Assembly: GCA_017447445.1 (NCBI GenBank)
Contig: JAFSNK010000024.1
Location: 30,877-94,876, forward strand
DNA length: 64,000 nucleotides
Direction of reading: 5' to 3'
Origin: Clostridia bacterium
GTDB lineage: Bacteria > Bacillota > Clostridia > Oscillospirales > CAG-382
Positions 45,342-53,651 of the stretch are shown piece after piece. Under the pieces are notes generated by a model that saw only the letters and a list, made by a program, of their open reading frames with translations, was not told the DNA's origin and did not search any database. Both the position numbers and the translations under genes were made by a program. Every line of letters begins with the position of its first letter. Positions within the stretch are counted from its first letter, which is position 1.

Positions 45342-46133
45342 ATGAAAAAAACAATTTGCATATTACTGTTATTTTGTTTACTTTTCTTATCCTCCTGCGA
45401 TCCGTTTTTGCCAACGTCCGAGGAATTAGCTTCCGGAAAAGTTGACGATATATATTCCGTGATGGCAGTTTCATTTATACCGGCGAGTATTGAACGTTAT
45501 TTGGATACGTTCAAAACAGTTTCTGAAGATGAATACGGACGAAAACTTTTCATATATCACGGGGCACAAGGCGCAATAGGTTCTATCAGGGATTGGGTGT
45601 TTGTGAGCCAAGGCAGCGACGGGTATTATTCATATTATTACGAGGATGTATGCTGTCAGGCAATTACGCCGGAGCAATGTGAAGAGATAAAAGAAAACGG
45701 ACCCGATTGTAGTTTTGTTTCTGGTTTGCTGTCCGTCAACGACTGGCAAAAGCCTGTCGATAAAACAAAATGCAGCAAAGTGAGAATTGCCAATCACTCT
45801 GGCAATTATTCTTTCGAAATCGCAAAGCTTTTTGAGTACGATCGCGAAAAAGATCATTACAACCGCGAAACGAATACATTTCACTATCTTATAGGTATAT
45901 GCAGGGACGACGAGGATAATCAGCTTTATATGGTTGTTGAGACCACTGACGGAAAAATCGGTTTGTTGCAGGCATATATTGTAAAAGATGATAAAATAGC
46001 AGTATGGGCAGACATAAGTGTTGACGAAATGTTTTCAGAAATACATAATTTCAAAAAAGCAAACGGTTTTGGAAAAAGCAAAACATATACAATTATTGGC
46101 TACAATTCACACACACATCAATGGCTTGGTTAG
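45342..46133 (+). CDS. Lipoprotein, candidate immunity protein for the HExxH toxin
   Basis: Lipobox MKKTICILLLFCLLFLSSC. It starts 6 nt after the rhs stop. No family assigned. Confidence 0.6.
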   Translation: MKKTICILLLFCLLFLSSCDPFLPTSEELASGKVDDIYSVMAVSFIPASIERYLDTFKTVSEDEYGRKLFIYHGAQGAIGSIRDWVFVSQGSDGYYSYYYEDVCCQAITPEQCEEIKENGPDCSFVSGLLSVNDWQKPVDKTKCSKVRIANHSGNYSFEIAKLFEYDREKDHYNRETNTFHYLIGICRDDEDNQLYMVVETTDGKIGLLQAYIVKDDKIAVWADISVDEMFSEIHNFKKANGFGKSKTYTIIGYNSHTHQWLG

Positions 46134-46251
46134 TAAGAGTCAGTTTCAAAAAGTATGAGACATGAGACAGGGGACGGTTCTGTGTCTTAAACACATAGTT
46201 CCCGGTAAGAATAAAGCGCTATGTTAAAGGCAAAGAACATGTCACTGAATC

Positions 46252-47752
46252 CTACGTTTACGATTCGTTAGGTCAGCTTGTGCGCGAGAACAACGCCTAC
46301 GCGAACAAAACGTGGGTTTATACTTACGATCTTTAGGGCAACATTACGGCGAGGAAAGAATACGCCTACACCACCGGAACGCTGCCGGCGTCGTATACGC
46401 AGAAGATATATTCCTACTCCACCGGCACTTGGGGCGATCTGCTGACGGTTTACGACGGTACGACGATAACCTACGACGCAATCGGCAACCCGACCAACTG
46501 GAGAAACGCGACTTCGCTTACGTGGAACGGAAGAACGCTGACAAATCAGAGTATTTCGTCCACAAACTCGCTATCCTACGGTTACAATTCCGATGGTATT
46601 CGTACGAATAAGCATTACAACAGTTCAAGTGATATGATCAGTCGCTCGTATCAGTATATCCTTGACGGGACGAGAATCATTTACGAGAAACAACAAACTG
46701 TAGCGCAGGGCGGCGGAGCAACTAATATACTTTATTATTACTACGACGAATCGGGCGTAGCGGGCTTTGAACTCGACGGAACAAAGTATTATTTCCTCAA
46801 GAACATCCAAGGCGACGTAGTAAACATACTCAATTCTTCCGGGCAGGTAGTTGTTACTTACACCTATGACGCGTGGGGGAAAGTGCTTTCGATAACCGGC
46901 ACCCTCGCAAGCTCGGTGGGGCAGATAAACCCGTTCAGATACCGCAGTTACTATTACGATCGCGAGACAGGATTCTATTACCTGCAAACAAGGTATTATG
47001 ATCCTGTTGTTGGTAGGTTCTTAAATTCGGACAGCATCATAGGAGCAAACGGCGGCATACAGGGTTACAATATGTTTGCGTATTGTGGTAATAATCCGGT
47101 GATTTATAATGACCCATTAGGATTGATGACCACCGCGATAGAGGTAGGCAACAAATACGGTTATGGATCGCCAGAGTATGTTTTAGCAGAACACTACGAA
47201 ACGTATTATGCCAAAGACAATTTCGATGCTAGTCCAATAATAGAGGGGCTTTTAGTTAGATTTTCCGCTGAGGAAGTAATAAGAGCGGTTGAAAACATTA
47301 ATTACCAAGTAACCCCCCAAATCCTTGAACAGTACAAGGACTTGGGAGGAACGTTACCCATTCCAATTAATGATGCTGTTATTACAAAGGCTGTTGGCGT
47401 AAGTGTTGCTATTGGCACACTTGAAATCAGCTGCGGGATTGCGGTAGATGATAGCGGCGACGCGTCAGGCTTTGCTACTGTCAGTTTTTCAAACGATTTC
47501 TCATTCGGTGTTAGCGCTTTTTATTCCACCACATATAATTCAAGCGTAAGCGGAATGTCTGGCCCCGGATCATCGGTTTCTGCCAGTTTTGAGGTGCCTA
47601 TCGGGAAATATCGATATGGTTATTCTGCATCTACAGACGGTTCAAGCATTACAAGCACACACAAGGTTGGATTTTCTCTAGGAAAGCCCGAGCCTGAAAT
47701 TAAGGTATCATGGTCCTATGAGTATACTATTATATTTGGAGGTAGAAGATAA
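46252..47752 (+). pseudogene. Orphan rhs C-terminal cassette 1 (no start or signal peptide; in-frame TAG at 46334-46336) with a distinct CT domain
   Basis: 46262-~47087 is near-identical to rhs 43897-~44722 (offset 2365). The main-gene codon TCT (43969) is TAG here. The frame continues into track ORF 46634-47752. The core ends ..NNPVIYNDPLGL and is followed by ~210 aa of unrelated sequence. Confidence 0.8.
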
Positions 47753-48690
47753 TGAAAAGAATAATAGCATTGTTTGCAGCCATATTTTTTATCATATTAC
47801 TCATTTCCTGCTCTGTTCAAGAAGAGAATTCCGATGGTTCAGAAGCCGCTTCCGCCTTTGCCTCTGCTGAAAGCGTCGAGTTGGAAGCATCTCCCGAATC
47901 CGACGAATCAGAAGAATCATATACGGAAGAAAGCGACGTTGTATCATCGGACGAATCTGTTCCTGAAAAAACAGACCGCTATTATTTATCGAAATCCTTT
48001 GTTCATGATTTCGAAGGCGTTTTGACTAAAACCTCATATGTTTTTGGGTCTGACGGAACTCTTATTGGTGAATATAAATCCGGTGGAAACCAGCCATTCA
48101 CAAGTATTGAGTATTATTACAGCAAAGAAGGACAACTTATAAAGAAAACCGTGATAGTCGTTGGAGCATATATTACGGAAACAACGTATGAATACGACGA
48201 TAACAACAATCAAGTCCTCGAAGAGGTGCGCACTCGCTCAGCCCCCGGTGGTCCGGAGGTGAAAGAAACTGTGCGTAGAGCCGAAAAGACTTATGATGAT
48301 GAAAACCGTTTTGTTTCTGCAAGTATATATCTCGACGAAAAACTTGAAATGACTTCACATGTCAGTTATAACGAAAAAAACGAAAGTATGAACGAGGAGG
48401 TATATATCGTTGATGAACAAGGAAACCCCGAATTGTTCGCTCGTGCGGAATCAGATGCTTCGGGAAGAGCATTGCGGTTGGAAAGCACGGAAAATACCGT
48501 AGAATATGAGTATGATGAATACAATAATAAAAAGGTTGTAAAAATAACACCTGCCAACGGCGAACCGTGCGAATACGTTTATGAAAATGAATATGACGAG
48601 CACGGCAACCTTGTAAAAGCGAACTGTGTCTGCAAAAAACGCGGGTTGGAATTCACCGATGAATATGAATATGAGAAAGAATACTGGTAA
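47752..48690 (+). CDS. Lipoprotein with YD-like repeats, candidate immunity protein of orphan cassette 1
   Basis: Lipobox MKRIIALFAAIFFIILLISC and an acidic linker. Repeats TYEYDDNNNQVLEE, AEKTYDDENRFVSA, VEYEYDEYNNKKVV and YENEYDEHGNLVKA. The ATG overlaps the upstream TAA. Confidence 0.6.
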   Translation: MKRIIALFAAIFFIILLISCSVQEENSDGSEAASAFASAESVELEASPESDESEESYTEESDVVSSDESVPEKTDRYYLSKSFVHDFEGVLTKTSYVFGSDGTLIGEYKSGGNQPFTSIEYYYSKEGQLIKKTVIVVGAYITETTYEYDDNNNQVLEEVRTRSAPGGPEVKETVRRAEKTYDDENRFVSASIYLDEKLEMTSHVSYNEKNESMNEEVYIVDEQGNPELFARAESDASGRALRLESTENTVEYEYDEYNNKKVVKITPANGEPCEYVYENEYDEHGNLVKANCVCKKRGLEFTDEYEYEKEYW

Positions 48691-48879
48691 CGTTTTCATA
48701 ATTTATACATCGCAAAGAGCATAACACTAAGCCTAAGGAGCCGATTCACCCGAACCGGCTCCTTAGGGAAGCAAAATCACGTATAAGCCGTCGCGGGGAT
48801 AAAGTATATATACGAGTACGATTCACTCGGGCGCCTTATCCGCGGGGAACAGAAAAAGACGAGCGACAACAGTACGTCA

Positions 48880-51165
48880 ATGTCTCTCGAAAACCGGTTC
48901 GACGAATACGGCAGGTCTTCGGGCGGGAGTTACGTTCTCGGAAACAAGACGCTTAATTACGACATAGAATACGAAGACGGTTCGGACCTTGTTTCTTATT
49001 ACACCTTCCCCGACAACACAGTAAACAGTTATTCTTACGACGCGTTCGACCGGCTTACGATGAAGAAGTATCATAATATCGCGTATTACTCACAGTACCG
49101 GTATTATGAACCGACGGGCACGGCTACAAGCTCGCTGGTAAGCCTGCAGTACAACAATTTTAATGGCGGAACGTCGAAATACGATTACACCTACGATATC
49201 CTCGGGAATATAACGTCTGTCAGTGAAAACAACGTATTAAAGCTTTCGTACGAATACGATTCGCTCGGGCAATTAGTGCGCGAGAACAACGCGTATGCGA
49301 ACAAGACGTGGAAGTATTACTACGACAACGCGGGCAACATAACCATGCGGGACGAGTACGCGTATACCACCGGAACGCTGCCCTCTTCCCCTCAGAGCCT
49401 TGTCTTTTATGATTATTCCACCGGCACGTGGGGCGATATGCTCACGAGCTATGACGGAACGACGATCAGTTATGACGCGATAGGGAATCCGACGAACTGG
49501 CGCAATGCGCTTGGATTGATGTGGTCGGGCAGACAACTTACTTATATGTCGATAGACGGTCTTGATGAAGGGCTCGGCGCGTCGTATAACGCCGACGGCA
49601 TACGCACGAAAAAGACCTATTGGGACGAAAACGCAAACCAGACCGTCCATGATTACGTTCTCGACGGAAGCAAAATAGTTAAAGAAACCGTGACCGGAAG
49701 CTCGTCATATACGATGTACTATTACTATGACGAATCGGGTGTGGCGGGGTTTGAACTTAACGGCGTAACGTATTATTACCTCAAGAACATTCAGGGCGAC
49801 GTAATAAACATCCTCAATTCATCGGGGCAGATCGTTGTTACCTACACCTACGACGCATGGGGGAAGGTGCTGTCCGTTACCGGCTCGCTTGCCGGCACTG
49901 TAGGGTACATCAATCCGTTCAGATACCGCGGGTATTACTACGACCGCGAAACGGGATTCTACTACCTCCAGACGAGGTATTATGATCCGACGGTAGGACG
50001 GTTCTTGAATGCGGATGGATATGTTGGTGCTAATGGTGGTATTCAGGGTTACAATATGTTTGCGTATTGTAATAATATGCCCGTTATGGCGAGTGATCCC
50101 AGTGGTGAATGGTGGCTTTCTGATGCATTCGAGGCTGTAGGAAATTGGATTGGAGACCATGCAGAGCAGATCATTTCGACTGTTGCTACAGTTGCCGTAG
50201 CTGTCGTAACAGTTGCTGCTGTAGTTGTAACTGCCGGGGCGGCAGGGGCTGTTGTTGGCGGCATGGCAGCTGCTTATGGAGCGTCAACTGCGGCTGCGGC
50301 AGCTATTGGCACAGCTGTTGAACTGGGTGGATACGCTGTAGCATATGGAGTTGGAGCTTTTGCTACCAGCAATGTTTATGAGACCTGGACCGGCTCAAAC
50401 CCTATTCGCGACAATGTTTTTAATGGTGACGAAACTGCATATGGAATAGCCGAAGCCGCTCTGATGGCAGCCGCAGGTGGATATGTTGATGTTGGTATGA
50501 GTGGAATGCCTCCGGCTTCAGAATGCTTTATTGCGGGTACGCTTGTGCTGACGGCTGATGGTTTAGTTCCTATTGAAAGTATCGAAGAAGGAGATATCGT
50601 CGTAGCAGAGAATCCGAAAACCGGCGAAAAAGATCAAAAACGAGTAGCACAAACATTTGTCAATGAAACACTGGAATTAGTTCATTTATTTGTTGAAAAT
50701 GAGGAAATAGTTACTACTCCTACACATCCTTTCTGGGTCATAAACGCCGAGTGGTGCAGCGCCATTGAGATTCGCGCCGGAGACATACTGAAACTGGCGG
50801 ATGGCACAAATGCCGCTGTTACCGCAACGAAATACGAAAAACTCGATACCCCCGTTAATGTCTATAATTTTGAAGTCGAAGATTTCCATACTTATTATGT
50901 TGGCGAACAGGCTGTGCTAGTACATAATAATTGCGAACATGATAAAGTTGCTAAAGATTTGGGATATAAAAAGACAAATCAGAGATCACATGGACAGGCA
51001 GTATATACAAATAAAAAGGCTCCAAGGGCACTGAGATATATTACATATGATATCAATTCACATAATAGAGGATATTGGAAAGGCGCAGATAGCGTAGAGC
51101 ATTTGCAAAACAGAACTACCAGATCTGGCACCTATGACAAAGGTCTTAGGAGGATTGGCAAATGA
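48880..51165 (+). CDS. Orphan rhs C-terminal cassette 2: YD repeats, RHS core, Gly/Ala-rich TM region, HINT domain, small C-terminal toxin domain
   Basis: Homology to rhs starts at 48788 (equivalent to 43427, offset 5361). The frame is open from 48787, and the first ATG at 48880 corresponds to an internal Met of rhs. Core ends MASDPSGEWW. HINT spans CFIAGTLVL..(50524) to ..VLVHNNC (50934). The CT is ..SHGQAVY..DINSHNRGYWK..RSGTYD... Confidence 0.8.
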   Translation: MSLENRFDEYGRSSGGSYVLGNKTLNYDIEYEDGSDLVSYYTFPDNTVNSYSYDAFDRLTMKKYHNIAYYSQYRYYEPTGTATSSLVSLQYNNFNGGTSKYDYTYDILGNITSVSENNVLKLSYEYDSLGQLVRENNAYANKTWKYYYDNAGNITMRDEYAYTTGTLPSSPQSLVFYDYSTGTWGDMLTSYDGTTISYDAIGNPTNWRNALGLMWSGRQLTYMSIDGLDEGLGASYNADGIRTKKTYWDENANQTVHDYVLDGSKIVKETVTGSSSYTMYYYYDESGVAGFELNGVTYYYLKNIQGDVINILNSSGQIVVTYTYDAWGKVLSVTGSLAGTVGYINPFRYRGYYYDRETGFYYLQTRYYDPTVGRFLNADGYVGANGGIQGYNMFAYCNNMPVMASDPSGEWWLSDAFEAVGNWIGDHAEQIISTVATVAVAVVTVAAVVVTAGAAGAVVGGMAAAYGASTAAAAAIGTAVELGGYAVAYGVGAFATSNVYETWTGSNPIRDNVFNGDETAYGIAEAALMAAAGGYVDVGMSGMPPASECFIAGTLVLTADGLVPIESIEEGDIVVAENPKTGEKDQKRVAQTFVNETLELVHLFVENEEIVTTPTHPFWVINAEWCSAIEIRAGDILKLADGTNAAVTATKYEKLDTPVNVYNFEVEDFHTYYVGEQAVLVHNNCEHDKVAKDLGYKKTNQRSHGQAVYTNKKAPRALRYITYDINSHNRGYWKGADSVEHLQNRTTRSGTYDKGLRRIGK

Positions 51166-51632
51166 TATCATATCGAATAAGTAAATACAATCCACAGTAT
51201 AGGGATTCAAACGGAGCATATAAGAAAAATGAATGGACATCTATTGATGACATAGGCGAGTTATTCCCCGATGGTATTTTGAGCGCAAATACGTATTACG
51301 AAACTGAAAATAAGTATGTTAATACTTTTAGAGAAATCCTTGAGTTCTTAAATATAGACGCGTTATATATAAGGGGTTTTGAAAAACATAAGAATTTTTC
51401 AAGAGCAAGTATTTATAAAAAGCATCGGATATTAAGTGTTGATGAAGCATGTGCGTTTTTGACGTTATGTTTACGTGAAAAGTGTTGGGGACGATTAAAG
51501 GCTAAGCGAGAAAAACAATTTTGCGCTTATGTTGGTTATGATTATTATCTACATATTGATATGATTGGGGATTTTTGCACAATTTCTAGTATTGCAACTA
51601 AAAATGGTTTATTCTGCGAAATGGTTTTATGA
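51162..51632 (+). CDS. Candidate immunity protein of orphan cassette 2
   Basis: 156-aa ORF with ATGA overlap to the toxin stop. Cytoplasmic-looking and AT-rich. No family assigned. Confidence 0.5.
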   Translation: MISYRISKYNPQYRDSNGAYKKNEWTSIDDIGELFPDGILSANTYYETENKYVNTFREILEFLNIDALYIRGFEKHKNFSRASIYKKHRILSVDEACAFLTLCLREKCWGRLKAKREKQFCAYVGYDYYLHIDMIGDFCTISSIATKNGLFCEMVL

Positions 51633-51819
51633 CGGCGTATACACAGCTATACAACCGTCCCTCCGTCTGATTGCCGATGCACAATCCGACCATGACAAGC
51701 CTCGTTTTGTGCTGCAATGCAATCGAGAGGCCGGAAAACCGGTCTCTCGAAAAAGCTAATATCGCACCCTTTTACACTTTGCTTTCAAAGTTTACATAAG
51801 CATCGGTATTGAGCCCCCC

Positions 51820-52116
51820 TCATACGAAGATCACCTCATTCAACACAATTTCGTTTACACGATCGCGGATATTGTTCATAGCGCCTACCCACGCCATTTG
51901 ATCGCGGCGTTTGAGTTCCTCGGTGACGCCTTCCTGTTTGGCAAGCTGTCTTACCAACTGAAAACACATCTCATCTGCTTGCTCGTCAACCTCTCGCAGA
52001 TAAGAGTTCAACGTCCCGTTCATTCTCATAATGTTGACGGTTGTCGGGCTATTTTCCTTTAAGTACTGATAGTGCCGCCGTCCCCATATTCCTACTTCTT
52101 TCAAATTATCCTTCAT
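51820..52116 (-). CDS. tnpV: TnpV-like transposon protein
   Basis: MKDNLKEVGIWGRRHYQYLKENSPTTVNIMRMNGTLNSYLREVDEQADEM..QEGVTEELKRRDQMAWVGAMNNIRDRVNEIVLNEVI matches my recollection of the TnpV family (Tn4451-type elements). GGAGG RBS before the ATG at 52116. Confidence 0.7.
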   Translation of the reverse strand: MKDNLKEVGIWGRRHYQYLKENSPTTVNIMRMNGTLNSYLREVDEQADEMCFQLVRQLAKQEGVTEELKRRDQMAWVGAMNNIRDRVNEIVLNEVIFV

Positions 52117-52271
52117 AATGCAATTCCTCCTTTGCAACTTCATTATAGTGCATCCAGGCGGAAAACAAAAATGTGCGATTTCGCATAACAACGCGATAAT
52201 ATGTATGTTCAGCCCCGTAAATAACTATGAATTTTCAAGTCCGTTATCAATATTCGCACCATACAGAGAAG

Positions 52272-52305
52272 CCTCTTTTGTCTACCACGACAAAAGGGGT
52301 TTTTC
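52272..52305 (+). terminator. Strong plus-strand terminator-like hairpin
   Basis: CCUCUUUUGUC-UACCAC-GACAAAAGGGG (11 bp) followed by UUUUUC. Confidence 0.6.
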
Positions 52306-52340
52306 TTGCGTTTTGGGCAAAAATCGGGCAGATATAGTCG

Positions 52341-52389
52341 AAATCGGGCTTTCAGACGGTAGATCAGCCGTCCGGAAGCCCGATTTTTT
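52341..52389 (+). terminator. Second plus-strand terminator-like hairpin with a competing upstream repeat
   Basis: AAAUCGGGCU (52341-52350) pairs with AGCCCGAUUU (52377-52386), with an inner GACGG/CCGUC stem and a following U-run. An extra copy of AAAUCGGGC lies at 52321-52329. Confidence 0.55.
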
Positions 52390-52672
52390 CATTTCAGGAC
52401 GCGAAAACGGTCAAAAATGCTGGTGTACTTTTTGCGCTTCTTTGCTCTGTAAAGAACGCCAAAAAGGGACGGGGTGGGTGGATTTGAACTTGAAAGACCG
52501 CGTGGTTAAGCCGTTTTCTAAAAAGCAAGCGAAAGTGCAAACAGTCGGAAAAGTTGAATTGCAGCAGGTTCGAATCCCACTGGTTGCATTGTGACGGATT
52601 TGCATTAGTATGTTTTCATTCCGACAGCGCAAAATATCGGAATAAAAAATAGCGGAAAATTGTTATAAGTAG

Positions 52673-52701
52673 TTGATTTTATTCCGACAATGTGGTATAA
52701 T
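52673..52701 (+). promoter_or_regulatory. Candidate promoter of the fic-hsd operon (extended -10)
   Basis: TTGATT (52673-52678), a 17-nt spacer and TGgTATAAT (52693-52701). ATTCCGACA boxes lie at 52618-52626 and 52681-52689. Confidence 0.6.
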
Positions 52702-52739
52702 ACACAATGAATAGTAATATTGTAAGGGAGGAATCCCCA

Positions 52740-53651
52740 ATGGAATATATCAAAGTAACGCAAGCTGCCAAGAAATGGGGCATCTCAACCCGTCGAGTAA
52801 GGGTATTGTGCGTAGAAGGTAAAATCCCCGGCGTCATCCGAAAAGGCAATTTATATATGATCCCGGTGAATGCACCGAAGCCGCTCGACGGACGCAAAAC
52901 CCGTGCTGGTATGCTTGCAGAGATCGAAGCCAAACGTGAGCGTTTAAGTGAAATGCGTCCGCTGACACCCGGCGAAGTGAAACAGTTGCGGGAAGAATTC
53001 ATGATCGAGTTTACCTACAACTCCAACGCCATTGAAGGCAATACGCTTACCCTGAAAGAAACAGCAATGGTGCTGGAAGGCGTTACCATCGATCAAAAAC
53101 CACTGAAAGAACATCTTGAGGCGGTCGGTCACCGAGATGCGTTCCTATATGTTGAAGATATTGCGAAGCAAAAACTCCCTCTGAGCGAATATGTTATCAA
53201 AAGCATACACTCGCTCGTTCTGATGAATCAGCCGGAAGATAAGGGCATTTATCGCAGAATTCCGGTGCGGATCATGGGCGCGTATACGGAACCGGTACAG
53301 CCATATTTGATCGAGCCCAAAATCAACGAGCTGCTGACGGTCAATGAGGAACGCAAAGAAGGAATGAATCCGATAGAACGGATCGCTCGTTTCCATCTGG
53401 AATTTGAAGGGATCCATCCGTTTATTGACGGCAACGGCAGAACGGGGCGCCTGATCATGAATCTGGATCTGATCCGCGGCGGTTATCCGCCGATCAACGT
53501 GAAGTTCACGGATCGGAAGAAGTATTATGAGGCCTTTGACGTTTATTACCGAGACGGCGACGCTGGAGCAATGACCGATCTGATTGCGGGATATGTCAAC
53601 GAGCGACTGGATGAGTATCTGAAGATATTATATGCGGAGGACTTGAAATGA
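52740..53651 (+). CDS. Fic/DOC family protein with N-terminal HTH
   Basis: Fic motif HPFIDGNGRTGRL. N-terminal MEYIKVTQAAKKWGISTRRVRVLC (HTH). GGGAGG RBS. The stop overlaps the hsdR start (ATGA). Confidence 0.85.
   Translation: MEYIKVTQAAKKWGISTRRVRVLCVEGKIPGVIRKGNLYMIPVNAPKPLDGRKTRAGMLAEIEAKRERLSEMRPLTPGEVKQLREEFMIEFTYNSNAIEGNTLTLKETAMVLEGVTIDQKPLKEHLEAVGHRDAFLYVEDIAKQKLPLSEYVIKSIHSLVLMNQPEDKGIYRRIPVRIMGAYTEPVQPYLIEPKINELLTVNEERKEGMNPIERIARFHLEFEGIHPFIDGNGRTGRLIMNLDLIRGGYPPINVKFTDRKKYYEAFDVYYRDGDAGAMTDLIAGYVNERLDEYLKILYAEDLK

Noticed and set aside
51722-51748. 11-bp hairpin CGAGAGGCCGG-AAAA-CCGGTCTCTCG as terminator of tnpV-1 or the rhs array
   Set aside because: The T-run lies on the wrong side for the minus strand and an A-run follows on the plus strand. 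It is not a canonical terminator in either direction, and its function is left open.
52118-52594. 158-aa plus-strand ORF
   Set aside because: It runs through two terminator-like hairpins and the tRNA-like fragments. It has no RBS and an implausible Cys/Phe-rich composition.
52430-52600. Functional tRNA or mini-tmRNA gene
   Set aside because: The acceptor and T stems do not pair and there is no anticodon arm. The total length is far too short for a tmRNA. It is kept only as a possible att relic.
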